Below, piece after piece: positions 1 to 10,208 of a stretch of 64,000 nt of DNA. The notes beneath the pieces were generated by a model that saw nothing but the letters and a program-made list of their open reading frames with translations, searched no databases and was not told where the DNA came from. The DNA lies in NCBI GenBank assembly GCA_008690995.1, contig VRMN01000008.1, forward strand, positions 124,001-188,000. Direction: 5' to 3'. Both the position numbers and the translations under genes were made by a program. The DNA comes from Porphyridium purpureum (Eukaryota). Each line of letters opens with the position of its first letter. Position 1 is the first letter of the stretch.

Positions 1-2869
1 TTGCTTCGAGCTTGCGCTGCTCTGCTTGCCGCTCGCGTTCCCGCTCCTCCTCTTCACGCTGAATTTCAAGAAAGGAGCGATGATCTAGCTGTCCGTCACC
101 GGCCCACGGCGCGGTGGGTGCTACTCTTGGCTTCGGACGCTCTGCAGTCGATCCTCCTTTCTGTTGCTCCTCTTGCGATACCCGCTCAGCCGGTGCCGCT
201 CCAGAATTTGATCCAGCCACGGGCTTCATTCGCTGCTGAGACTGCTGAGACTGCTGAGGCTGCTGCTGCTGCTGCTGCTGAGATTTTCGTTGTTGCTCAT
301 GCTGCTGCGAGGATGCCTTATTGTTTTTGGGCTTTGGATGCCTCGCAATAGACCAATCGTCTTCGAGTGCGACGTCCAGCGCAACGGCCGGACGATCCGG
401 ATAGTTCACATTTGGGTTCCCAACGCCTCCGCTGTCACCTCCGAGAGTTGAAGGATCCATTTCCATTGCAAATGGCGTTAAATCACGCAGTCCCCCTGGA
501 ATCGTGGATACGGAAGTGTCACGCTGCCTTTCAACGGCATTGGTGCGTTTCTGCTTTTCTCCATGAGGCTGCTCTTCGATAGGTGCGCCGAGTCCAGGAT
601 GATGATCCTCGCGTTCCGTGCGGCGGACGGAATCGCCACCCCCGGTGCCATCATTGATGCCTGTTCCCTGCGCCAGACGCTCAAAGATACCAATCGGCTT
701 GGCCGCTTCCCAATTCGATTGAACCTGCGCTTGCGATTGACTGCTTTCCGGTTTTATCCCATCCATCCTCCCCAAAGCACCCATCAAAAACTCACTCCCG
801 CCCCCGTAAGCAGAGGCTGCAACGGCCTGGTTTAAATTTGGATTCGCGGGTCGATGATGAACGGATGCATGCGCAATGGCCGGGTCCAAGGCCATCAAGG
901 CGGCTGCCGGGTCTCCAAACGACGGCAAGGCGCCCGGTCCCCGGGCCGCTGACGCAGTATCCGCACCGCCACCTCGCAACGTACTCAGTAAGTCAATGTA
1001 CGCACTGCCGCCACCCGCGACTGCACCGGAGATCGGACCGGCCGAAACCGACGCCACGCTTCGTGTGGTGTCTGAAGACGGCATGACTGGTACTTGTGCT
1101 GGCAAAGAAGACGGCACGAAACCTGGAGGTAGAATAGAACCACTCTCGTTCATGGATGGCGGCGGCACGAGCGCAAATGCGTATCGCAATTCGCGAAACT
1201 CGGGGCTCACATTCAGATTGTCGTCGGCCACGCTCTTCACCATCAAGGTATCCGTATAAAATCCGGCGTGCAGCCACTGCATAAGCTGCCCTGCGGAGAA
1301 TGGCCCCTGCACCATCTCGCGAGGGTCCAAATACACCCAGACACTCCGTGGGTCATCCACAATACGTTGATGCATTTCGGCGAGCCGCCGTCGAAAAAAG
1401 TCATCTTGGTGCTGCGGGTATTGTTGCATCTGTGCGTGCAAATACGGATTCTCCAGGTGCGGCGATTGTACCCGCCAAGCGTGACGCTGATCAGCAGTGT
1501 AGTCACTTGCTCCTTGCAAAGGATCTGGATAGTCTGCTGTCGACACTACGCTTCCTGCTTGAGGTGCAGCTAGCTGCACGTCGCCGCCCGCACCGGCGCG
1601 ATGAGAGGAAGTATCCTCGACCCGCTGTTGCAGCCCCTGCGACGTTTGCGAAGGTTGGGAAAAGGGCTGCGCGTGAGACTGCTCCCGCGGAGACGTGTCT
1701 GGTGCGGAACCCATATTCGAGCGCACGGGACGCGTCGAGCTAGAGATCCCCCCCGCTGACGTCCCGCTCGTGAAAGCCGATAGATCGCGCGTATTGCGTG
1801 GCAAAAAGTCCAGATTGTGCGATGCACTGCTTCTTCCGCTGGCAGCCTTGCTACTGTCTTCGAGAGTCGCACTAGTGCCGTTCGATGTTTCGTCCACGGA
1901 TTTCAAAGCACGGAAATCCTTCATTCCCCCGCGAAGCGGAACAGGTGGATTCTGATTCTGGACAGACGCCTGCGGGGGCACGCTGACACTTGCCACTCCT
2001 GTTGCTCCAGCCGCCACGCCTGCCTTTGAATTCACGAAACGCGAGCCGCTTGCCGCGCTTCCCATGGATGAGTTCTGAACCGAGCTTGCCACTTCTGCTA
2101 CCACATTGTCGCGTCCCTGTCGCCAATTTGAGCTCGAATCCGCCACGCCTCGCTTGTTGTACTCGCGTGACCAGTACACCGTACCTCCGGGCGGCGAGCT
2201 CGACGCTGTCGAGCTCGCCGCCTCGCCAGGATTCGTCGAACGAATGCGCACGGGACTCGATGAAGGCGCGCCACTGCTCCCGCCCAAGCCGGAGGTGAAC
2301 GCACTGTCTGCCACTTTCCCACCCGTTTTCAACCCCGCCGCGTTCGGACGATTAGCAACGGGCGTAAAGACAGGCGTGGCCGACCAGTAGTCTCGAGAGG
2401 TGGGCGCGGCGCCTGTACCACCCGGTGCACTACCTCCAGGGCCAGCAGCTATGCCACTGCCGCCACCGGACGTCATACGTTCCGCGCTGGCAAGCGAGGA
2501 CGCCGTCCGCGCGACAGGCGCTCCTCCATCTCGCGCGGCGCTGCGGATCGCGGCAAAGTCCCGGCCGCCGCTACCGGTGCCCGCGGCAGTTCTCTTTTCC
2601 AGCGCGATGACAGCTGAGTGCGATTCGACGGTCGTGAGCGAGGCCTGCGCGCGTTCGCGCACACTTTCGACCGCGTCCAGAAGACTGCGAGAGAGCGACT
2701 CTGGACCGTGAGGCGACTGTAGGACCACATCTACGGCACCTTCCAGATCTTCGTCATCCCCCTGGAGCTCTGCCTGAGAAAAGGTCGTTACAAGCTGCTT
2801 TCTCGACATGTCCTGAAACACATCCAGAAGCTCTTGCTTGGAATACAAAGGTCCTTGAGATGTGCTCAT
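1..2869 (-). CDS. GYF-domain protein, GIGYF/Smy2/EXA1-like (3'-partial, runs off the left edge)
   Basis: Not in the ORF track. Manual translation from ATG 2869 gives MSTSQGPLYSKQELLDVF. The same frame gives a GYF domain VWVYLDPREMVQGPFSAGQLMQWLHAGFYTDTLMVK at about 1235-1342, then a Q-rich and charged coiled-coil region to base 1. The track lists no closed minus-strand ORF in this frame, consistent with one open frame. Confidence 0.85.
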   Translation of the reverse strand, partial: MSTSQGPLYSKQELLDVFQDMSRKQLVTTFSQAELQGDDEDLEGAVDVVLQSPHGPESLSRSLLDAVESVRERAQASLTTVESHSAVIALEKRTAAGTGSGGRDFAAIRSAARDGGAPVARTASSLASAERMTSGGGSGIAAGPGGSAPGGTGAAPTSRDYWSATPVFTPVANRPNAAGLKTGGKVADSAFTSGLGGSSGAPSSSPVRIRSTNPGEAASSTASSSPPGGTVYWSREYNKRGVADSSSNWRQGRDNVVAEVASSVQNSSMGSAASGSRFVNSKAGVAAGATGVASVSVPPQASVQNQNPPVPLRGGMKDFRALKSVDETSNGTSATLEDSSKAASGRSSASHNLDFLPRNTRDLSAFTSGTSAGGISSSTRPVRSNMGSAPDTSPREQSHAQPFSQPSQTSQGLQQRVEDTSSHRAGAGGDVQLAAPQAGSVVSTADYPDPLQGASDYTADQRHAWRVQSPHLENPYLHAQMQQYPQHQDDFFRRRLAEMHQRIVDDPRSVWVYLDPREMVQGPFSAGQLMQWLHAGFYTDTLMVKSVADDNLNVSPEFRELRYAFALVPPPSMNESGSILPPGFVPSSLPAQVPVMPSSDTTRSVASVSAGPISGAVAGGGSAYIDLLSTLRGGGADTASAARGPGALPSFGDPAAALMALDPAIAHASVHHRPANPNLNQAVAASAYGGGSEFLMGALGRMDGIKPESSQSQAQVQSNWEAAKPIGIFERLAQGTGINDGTGGGDSVRRTEREDHHPGLGAPIEEQPHGEKQKRTNAVERQRDTSVSTIPGGLRDLTPFAMEMDPSTLGGDSGGVGNPNVNYPDRPAVALDVALEDDWSIARHPKPKNNKASSQQHEQQRKSQQQQQQQPQQSQQSQQRMKPVAGSNSGAAPAERVSQEEQQKGGSTAERPKPRVAPTAPWAGDGQLDHRSFLEIQREEEERERERQAEQRKLEA

Positions 2870-3380
2870 CTCGAGATGTGCTCGCGTTCACCACCTTTCC
2901 CTCTTCGCTCGCTCGAGATCTGCGACCACAACCGCGCTTGGCCCGCGTCTTTCATGCAGCTGAGACTCAGCCCTCTTTTATATTTCTGCACCGTCGGTGT
3001 CGGCCAACTCCGATCTGGCCTAAGCGTGCCCGGGTCCGTGTGTAACACAAGCCTCGTTCAATCACCACTGGCCTGACCAGTGCATTCAGCCTTCGCCCAC
3101 ACGGTGTCTTCCGCGACTACGAATCCGACCAACTGTCCGCAAAGCAACCGTGACAACAGCACAGACCCCTTCCACGCCTTCCTCACTGAATCAGCCGGCA
3201 CGCACAAAAGCAATGTCCTCAACGCCGCGCCGACCAACCGGGACAGCACACGTCGTCAAGCCGAAGCACAAGCACTCCACACACCGAGTCCAAGCAGTCT
3301 ATGTTTTTCAATCCAGCCAGTATGCACGAAGTCTCCCCTGTACCCGTACTCGACTCTGCGTTGCTCCCACCCGAACCACG

Positions 3381-3450
3381 TCTCTCTCTCTCTCTCTCTC
3401 TCTCTTGCACACATACGCACACACACACACACTGTCAAACACACACACGC
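3381..3450. repeat. (TC)12 microsatellite followed by imperfect (CA)n
   Basis: Read directly in the sequence. Confidence 0.95.
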
Positions 3451-4539
3451 ACGCCTTCGCCCGCGACCGCTTGGTTCTTTCCCTCGCGGCCTTGACCCGT
3501 GCGTCAAAGCGCGCGTGCACGCCGGCTCGTCAGATTCTGCTACTAAATCGACGTCGGTTACTATCAAGCCGCGCGCTTACTACTCAAACACGGCCTGCTA
3601 CTGATAGTCACTGTACTGCCAGTAGGGTACACTGTCGCCACTTTACTAGTAAATCTGTCCGATTTTATCAGCTTCCGATCGCGGTGCTTCCACTTCCGCC
3701 ACGCAACTGTACTCAAGAGTACAGCTGCGGCGGGAGTCGGGTGAGCGCGCGGGTGGCGCGCGTGGTATTTGTGCCGGACATGGAACATGACGTTGACCCT
3801 CGCCCGGCTCTGCCACTGCCGCAGGGCGCTGTTTGGCCCTGACCACGACTCGACATGCGCGTCTACTTTGGACAGAACCTCGCCGCTCTCCGTGCAGCAC
3901 GATCATGCGAATGTGCGCCGCGCGGCAGCTGGCGAGACGTTGTTTGGGGGAGACGGCGGTTCTCCTCGACTCGGCACTGAAGCCGGCCGCGTGCGATCCT
4001 TGCAGTTCGCCCCATCCACGCACGCCCATCTCGGGCGCACGTGGAAACCCCCGCGAGACCCTCCCTCGCCTTTGCTTCATGCCGCCACAACCCGCGATCG
4101 CCAAATCTGTGCAGCGCGGCACCGCCTGGCGCAAGTTTGAGCAGATGTACACTACAGGATTTATGGACTGTACCTTCTCTTTTCTAATTGTTCTGCGAGA
4201 GAAACCGAGTGGCGGGTGTTCAGTTTTTGTGTCCGAAGTGGGTACTAATAAATCGGAGTGATTTGATGAGATCGTCACCGATGCAGGTTCAAGACGAAGG
4301 ACGCAAGAAGAAGCGAAGCGATCGAAGTGATCGAAGCGGGCGTGGATGTATGTTGTTGGGTGGGAATGGGAGAGAGCGAGAGAGAGGGAGAGAGAGGGTG
4401 GTGAGGGCGTAAGAGACGGATAGCATAGTGGTGTGAGAGGAAGGTGGGGGAAAGGAGGTATACGTTGGAGCGTGGGTTTGGGTGGGGAGGGAGGGAGGGA
4501 GTGGATGGATCGAGATCGTGCGCGGGAGTGAGTAGCATC

Positions 4540-6984
4540 ATGTCGTTCAACGAGTTTCAGTCGGGGGGTGTGGGAGCTGGAGGGTCCGGGTGGACGGGCG
4601 ATGGGGCGAATGGCATGGCGTCGATGTCGTCGAGGAATATGGGTGCCGGTGGGAGTATGAATGCGGGCGGAGGAGCATACCAGACAAGTAATCCCTACCA
4701 GACGGGCGCGCCGCCCGGCGCGCAGGCGGGCGGCGGGACGTATCAGACAAATAATCCTTACCAGACGGGCGCGCCGCCCGGCGCGCAGGCGATGAATCCG
4801 GGCGGTGGGATGGGGATGGGGATGGGCCCTCAGGGCGGCTCCATGTCGTTCCAGCGGATGAGCACGTTTGCAGACGGAGGCGCGTCGGCCGGCATGGGCG
4901 GAGGCGGAAACATGTACCAGTCAGCGGCGAACCCGTACGCAGGGAACGTCAATGTGGGCGGGTACGACGCGGGTGGTGTCGGAGGTGGCGATCCGGCCAT
5001 GATGTACGCGATGGGGAAGGGCAAGTCAACCAGTGCAAGTGCAAAGTGGGGGGACAAGATGAAGGCAGCACTTGCCGAGGGAAAGGGTGATAGTTTCAAA
5101 GTTATCGTCGTCAAGGCAACTAACCACGACGTCGGCCCGCCGAAGGGCAAGCACGTGGCCGCCATTATGCAGGGTCTGCAAATGGGCGGCGCGGTCTCGA
5201 ATCGGAACACCCCCGTTGGCGCCGTGTTTTATCACTTGAGGAAGCGGCTCGTTGAGAAAGATTGGGTGGTTGTGCTCAAGGCTCTTTCAGTGTTCCACCA
5301 CATCTTTAGAGAGGGGAATGAGATGTTTGTGGCTTACGTCGCCCGCAATGCGAAGGGCATTTTCAACATGTCTGGTTTCCAGGACCTTTCTGCGCAGGGT
5401 ATGGCGCATAGGGGCTTCATCAAGACGTACGGAAATTACCTGGATCAGTGGCTCGAGACCAAAGCGCGGATCAACTACCCGGGGGGCAAGTCACGCGGCG
5501 ATGACCTGGCCTTTGCACACCGCTTCCGACAGGTGCCAATTGACGTGCTGATCAATGAGCTCCCCGTTATCATGGACAGTGTAGACGCGCTGTTTGGTGT
5601 GGATCTTGGCGGTCAGGCGCGTTACTCGGGCGTGGGCACTCCGGCGTTCACGATGATTCTCAAGGATTGCCTCCATCTATGGATGGCACTGTCCGAAGGG
5701 CTGGTCAACCTAGTCGACCAATTCTTCACCACCGATCAGAATCGCGCTCGAGCCGCGTACGAGCAGGTTTATCAGCGCTTTTGCTTGGTCGTGCAGAACG
5801 CGACCAAATTTTTCCCCCTGGCGCAGCAGGTCAGTGGCAGCTTCCGCCCGCCACAGCTTGCCCTGGTGTCACTGGACCTGCACGCGCAGATGCAAGAGTA
5901 CATTTTGAACGGCCCACAGCACGAGCGCATTGCGTCAGACCCGGAGCCGGAACCGGAGCCAGTGCCATTCGAGCCCGAACCGGAGTACTATTCTGAGTCT
6001 GAGCCGGAGCCAGAACCTGAGCCGGAGCCGGTGTACCGCGAGCCAACACCACCGCCTCCGCCGCCTCCGATTTCATCGTCCTCCAGCTCTTCGTCGTCAA
6101 GCTCGGAATCAAGCTCATCTTCTGAGGAGGAGGCACCGCCGCCACCGCCCCCTCCACCGCCTAGGGCGTTCGACCCCTTGGCCGATCTGCTGGGGATTGA
6201 GGCAACGCCCGGCATGTCTCAGGCTGGTGGACATCCCTATGGCACGAACATGAACCCGCAACAGCTGGCACTTTATCAGTCGAACGCGATGTATCAGCGC
6301 GCCATGTTTGAGAACACAAGCGACGACCGCGTGAAGCAGATCAAGGGCATGATGAACGCACGGCAAGCGCACATGGCGCAGATGTCTCAACAGGGCGGAA
6401 TGATGGGTGGCGGCAACCCCATGGGCTCAAACATGAACAACATGCAGCTTGCTTTGGTGGCGCAGAACCAGTTCAACAACGGCACAGGTGGTGGGCAGGG
6501 CATGGCAGGTGTGTATGCGCAAATGCAGCAGCAGCAACGGCAGCAGCACTATGCGGCCATGCAGCAGCAGCAGGCAAATATGCAGAGCATGCGCAGCGGT
6601 ATGGGCGCCCCGGGCACGATGAACCCAGCCATGTCCCAGTACGGTACTAACAATATGGCGCTTGTCGCGCAGCAGAGTCGCGCTGGCGGTGGCGCCGTGG
6701 TGCCTTTCCAGCAAGGAGGTGGCGTGGCGCCGGCACAGATTGGCGGTGTGAACCATAACATGTACGCTGCAAACCCAGGTATTCAAATGGGTTTGGCGGC
6801 CGGGTACTATGTACCGACGCAGCAGCAAGGGTCGGCAGCGATTCCTGCCATGCAGGCAGAAAAGGCGCAGTCCGCCGCAAACTACAGAATCCAGAAGGGT
6901 ACGAAACCGAAGAATGTCAATTCAAGCGACGTCAATTTCAGCGGACTGGTCGATGACATGAAGAAAGCTGCGCTGAACCGGTAA
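4540..6984 (+). CDS. ANTH-domain clathrin assembly protein (AP180/CALM-like)
   Basis: VVKATNHDVGPPKGKHV...LRKRLVEKDWVVVLKALSVFHHIFREG is the ANTH N-terminus. The tail is disordered and P/S/Q/G-rich with a DLL motif. First ATG is at 4540. Confidence 0.9.
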   Translation: MSFNEFQSGGVGAGGSGWTGDGANGMASMSSRNMGAGGSMNAGGGAYQTSNPYQTGAPPGAQAGGGTYQTNNPYQTGAPPGAQAMNPGGGMGMGMGPQGGSMSFQRMSTFADGGASAGMGGGGNMYQSAANPYAGNVNVGGYDAGGVGGGDPAMMYAMGKGKSTSASAKWGDKMKAALAEGKGDSFKVIVVKATNHDVGPPKGKHVAAIMQGLQMGGAVSNRNTPVGAVFYHLRKRLVEKDWVVVLKALSVFHHIFREGNEMFVAYVARNAKGIFNMSGFQDLSAQGMAHRGFIKTYGNYLDQWLETKARINYPGGKSRGDDLAFAHRFRQVPIDVLINELPVIMDSVDALFGVDLGGQARYSGVGTPAFTMILKDCLHLWMALSEGLVNLVDQFFTTDQNRARAAYEQVYQRFCLVVQNATKFFPLAQQVSGSFRPPQLALVSLDLHAQMQEYILNGPQHERIASDPEPEPEPVPFEPEPEYYSESEPEPEPEPEPVYREPTPPPPPPPISSSSSSSSSSSESSSSSEEEAPPPPPPPPPRAFDPLADLLGIEATPGMSQAGGHPYGTNMNPQQLALYQSNAMYQRAMFENTSDDRVKQIKGMMNARQAHMAQMSQQGGMMGGGNPMGSNMNNMQLALVAQNQFNNGTGGGQGMAGVYAQMQQQQRQQHYAAMQQQQANMQSMRSGMGAPGTMNPAMSQYGTNNMALVAQQSRAGGGAVVPFQQGGGVAPAQIGGVNHNMYAANPGIQMGLAAGYYVPTQQQGSAAIPAMQAEKAQSAANYRIQKGTKPKNVNSSDVNFSGLVDDMKKAALNR
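4678..4790 (+). repeat. Intragenic direct repeat encoding YQTxNPYQTGAPPGAQA twice
   Basis: Two near-identical copies of taccagacgggcgcgccgcccggcgcgcaggcg, 63 nt apart. Confidence 0.9.
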
Positions 6985-7097
6985 GTTAGCGTAGACCGCG
7001 TAGGGGAGAAGAGCGAAATCCAGACGCGCGTCGTCGACGCGTGCAACTGTCTCTTTCCCCTTTGTTTTGTTAGCCACGCATAAGGTCTCTAGCTTTC

Positions 7098-8525
7098 TTA
7101 TTTGGGTACTGAATCTATGCTTTCGCTTCGCCACCACAAGTGATCTGTTGTAAAGACGTGCTCAACCCCTTCAATAGCAAACTCGACCCGCTCGGCTACC
7201 AACCCCAATCGCTCTGGCTCTGGCCCCAGGACGTGTATCGACTGTTCCTGAGAAACCTCCGCTTTGCTTGGCCCGTCTAAAACACGATTCGTGGAGGCAT
7301 CTTCGTGTGCCTTCACTTGCAGAATCACGCCAGCGATCGGCTCGTACATACAATCACTGACCAGTGGCGCGTTTAAAGCTGCACATTGTCTTCGTATCTG
7401 GTGCGTACGGCCTGTAATCAAACGTACGGTGCTTTCAAAATACACGGCGCCCCGCTCGGCGCAATCGTGATTGGAAGCACGGGCATTGGGACCCAGCGAT
7501 AACTCGGCACAGTCGAGTATTTCCATTTTCACAGGCACAAACTCCTGGCCTCGGTTTCTATTTGTGCGCGCCCAAAGTTGGTCAGAATCCGACCAGACCT
7601 CGTACAGTGGGCCGGGCTTTGCGCGCTTGTTTGCTCGATAGTTAAGTGCAGCATGTTCCACGATGCCCAGAGGCAGCGGCGCGCGGGTCAGAACTTTATA
7701 GACCTTTCTGACGCTGCCGTTCTCCTTGACTAGCTCAGCTTGCATTTTGGCGTGCTGCTCAGGCCCCATCGCCATCAAACACACACCAGACGTCCCGCGG
7801 TCTAGGCGTGTGCAAACGTGCAGACTGCTCGTGTTACCATCCATGCCAAGCACACGTTCAACCTGATACTTGGCGTTCTCGACCCAATTGTCAACAGACG
7901 GCATACAGAGCAGTCCTGGTGGTTTGTCCACTACAACAAACACTTCACTCCGATAGAGAATCCTCGCGGTCCAGTCGATGAGCGTCGCGACTGGAAAGCG
8001 CTTGGGGCTTGCGTGTACACGAATATATCGCTCAGCTAAAATCGGCATGTCAGTGCGTTGGCGCACTGTGCGCACGATTTCTCGACGGGTGCGCATGGCG
8101 ACAGCGTCGACGCGCTCCTGTTCTGATATATGCACCGCGCCAAAGGCAATGAGGTCTAGGACGTACGCATGCGGCAACTGCGTGTGCTCAGCAATCACAT
8201 GCGACAGCATTTTGTGCCCTTCGTGCGTCGTCGCCATGTGGAAATTCATTGGCGGGTATCGCACTTGTGCGCTGACTGGATACAGTGTCATGGGCATTTT
8301 TTGCCCAAACGATGAGGAAAAGACGTCAACCATTCTCGCCCCACCTGCATCACGCGTCCCGCTTGTCAACTGCCGATTTGGCACGCACGCCACTTTTTCC
8401 CACCGTCTGCTAAAGATATTCGGCAGCACATCTGGTCTGCTGGATCCAGGAGCTAATAGGAAGCCAAGGCGGAATCGTGATTCTCCTCTTGAAGCTGACG
8501 CGCAGGACATGCCACGAGCCGCCAT
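7098..8525 (-). CDS. RluA-family RNA pseudouridine synthase, probably organellar
   Basis: Motifs VVDKPPGLL, TRLDRGTSG (catalytic Asp) and LITGRTHQIR. N-terminus is R/S-rich. First ATG is at 8525. Confidence 0.88.
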   Translation of the reverse strand: MAARGMSCASASRGESRFRLGFLLAPGSSRPDVLPNIFSRRWEKVACVPNRQLTSGTRDAGGARMVDVFSSSFGQKMPMTLYPVSAQVRYPPMNFHMATTHEGHKMLSHVIAEHTQLPHAYVLDLIAFGAVHISEQERVDAVAMRTRREIVRTVRQRTDMPILAERYIRVHASPKRFPVATLIDWTARILYRSEVFVVVDKPPGLLCMPSVDNWVENAKYQVERVLGMDGNTSSLHVCTRLDRGTSGVCLMAMGPEQHAKMQAELVKENGSVRKVYKVLTRAPLPLGIVEHAALNYRANKRAKPGPLYEVWSDSDQLWARTNRNRGQEFVPVKMEILDCAELSLGPNARASNHDCAERGAVYFESTVRLITGRTHQIRRQCAALNAPLVSDCMYEPIAGVILQVKAHEDASTNRVLDGPSKAEVSQEQSIHVLGPEPERLGLVAERVEFAIEGVEHVFTTDHLWWRSESIDSVPK

Positions 8526-9871
8526 CCCTCGGCCGCCGCACAGCTGGTCTGCGCACAGGGTCAAACCAACCTTCCAAACAAAAGTAGGCGAGAAGCGGAA
8601 GTACACTTCGCTGTACCTAATTCAGCTGCAACTTCTTTTGGCGACATCGAGATGGATGCGCGAAGGTTGCGAGCTGACTCGGGAGGCGAGCAACACACGC
8701 ATTGTTGCACTGACGTAGTGCCGCAATGCCATGAAGAAGAATGTTCTCAGTACTTCTTTTCCCCGGACCGCAAAAGCTTAGACAGACGAGCAGGTATGCT
8801 CGAAAATTATGAGCCGGCTATGAAAGGCTCCGGCTGCGGACATTTTTCCGCGTGCTGGCCACGTAAAGGATCGCACTGGGGTGAAACGAATGACTGTGGA
8901 AAGGGCGATACTTGAGCATTAGATTGCAGAGCTGCGTTGCGTTGCCGTGAGTCGGACAAGAATGGAACGAATAGGCATGCCGGCGTTGCTTGTGCGGTTC
9001 CGGCACGACTCTCACATCGTGCATGCGTGCCATTCGTACGAAGCATGGCAACGCTTGCTGTATTGTGAGCCTGGACGTGGACAGCGGGCTTGATCAAGGC
9101 GCGCTCGAGATAGAGTCGGAAGTCTCAGCTGGTGCGTCGGGGGCTGGACAATTTGCAATGCAAGAGGACACTGTGACGCGCGAGCCAGGAGTCCCGGCGT
9201 CATATACGCAGGCCACATGTTGCAGCAGTCAGTATGCGACAAGAACATCCACTTTTGTGTGGGGCATTGAGGACAAGACCTGCCGTTGTTCTGCCGTTCC
9301 GGGTTCTGCTTTCGGAGCAGCCGCAAGCCAGCGCCCTGCTCTGGCACCTTGGGTCGTTCCTTCCGGGTGCACGGCAGACTTTTGAGCGCGGCTGCCGGGC
9401 GCCATTCCATAGCGCGCTGAGCAAACGGCAGGCTGTCGTTTCAAGCTCCCGCAGCAGCCGTTGCACTCGCCCTTTCTGCCACCCAGGCCGTGCCCGCGCG
9501 TGCTTTTCGGAGCTGCGCATAGACGCTCATGATGCGAGTAGTGTACAGTGAAACCAGCACGACCACTGTACCTCTTATCGTTGTTATTTATTGATACAAT
9601 TATTACGTTTTATAACCTTTTCCGTCGCGTTTTTTCACGCGTGTGTGCAGCCGGCCGGCGACCTAAGCGCCGAGCTTGTTCAAAAAGGACGCTGCGTTGC
9701 CATGAAATCTCCTTCCTTGGGTTTTGGGTCTTTGGGGTGCGAGTGGGTGTGTTATAGACGGAGAGGGAGAGGGAAAAAGAGAGCGGGTCGATTGTGGAGG
9801 CTGAACTGAGAACATGACAAAGCAAACAAGATGATGAAAAGCGCGGAGAGGCGGACCTGACGGAGGAGGGA

Positions 9872-9876
<5 letters not shown>

Positions 9877-9904
<28 letters not shown>
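9877..9904. repeat. (AG)14 microsatellite upstream of the zinc-ribbon/RRM gene
   Basis: Read directly in the sequence. Confidence 0.95.
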
Positions 9905-9909
<5 letters not shown>

Positions 9910-10208
9910 TGGTAGGGCAAGGGTTATTGGGTCGAAGGGTTTAGTAGGGGTTGAGTGGGCAGGGGGAGGGGTTGCAGGTGGTGCGAACGGGAGGGGAGTG
10001 CGCGGGCGAGGTGGAGTGGTGGGGCGGCGGAGGAGAATGATGGGGTTTGTGGAAGGGTGGGGCGCGGGCGTGTGTTCTGCGAAGGACGTGAATGCGAGCG
10101 CGGCTCGGTGCGGGCGCGCGGCCGTGCACGCGCTCCACGCGGGGAGGAGCCAGCGCGCGGTCGTGATGGCGGGTGGACGCGGGCGTGGTGGAGGCGAGGA
10201 CAACCACC

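Noticed and set aside
876..2711. Several plus-strand ORFs of 100-150 aa
   Set aside because: Antisense shadows of the GYF gene, as expected in GC-rich DNA.
3080..4278. ORFs of 170-230 aa in the divergent spacer
   Set aside because: They run through microsatellites (SLSL/HTHT) and show no recognisable domains. This is probably UTR or promoter sequence.
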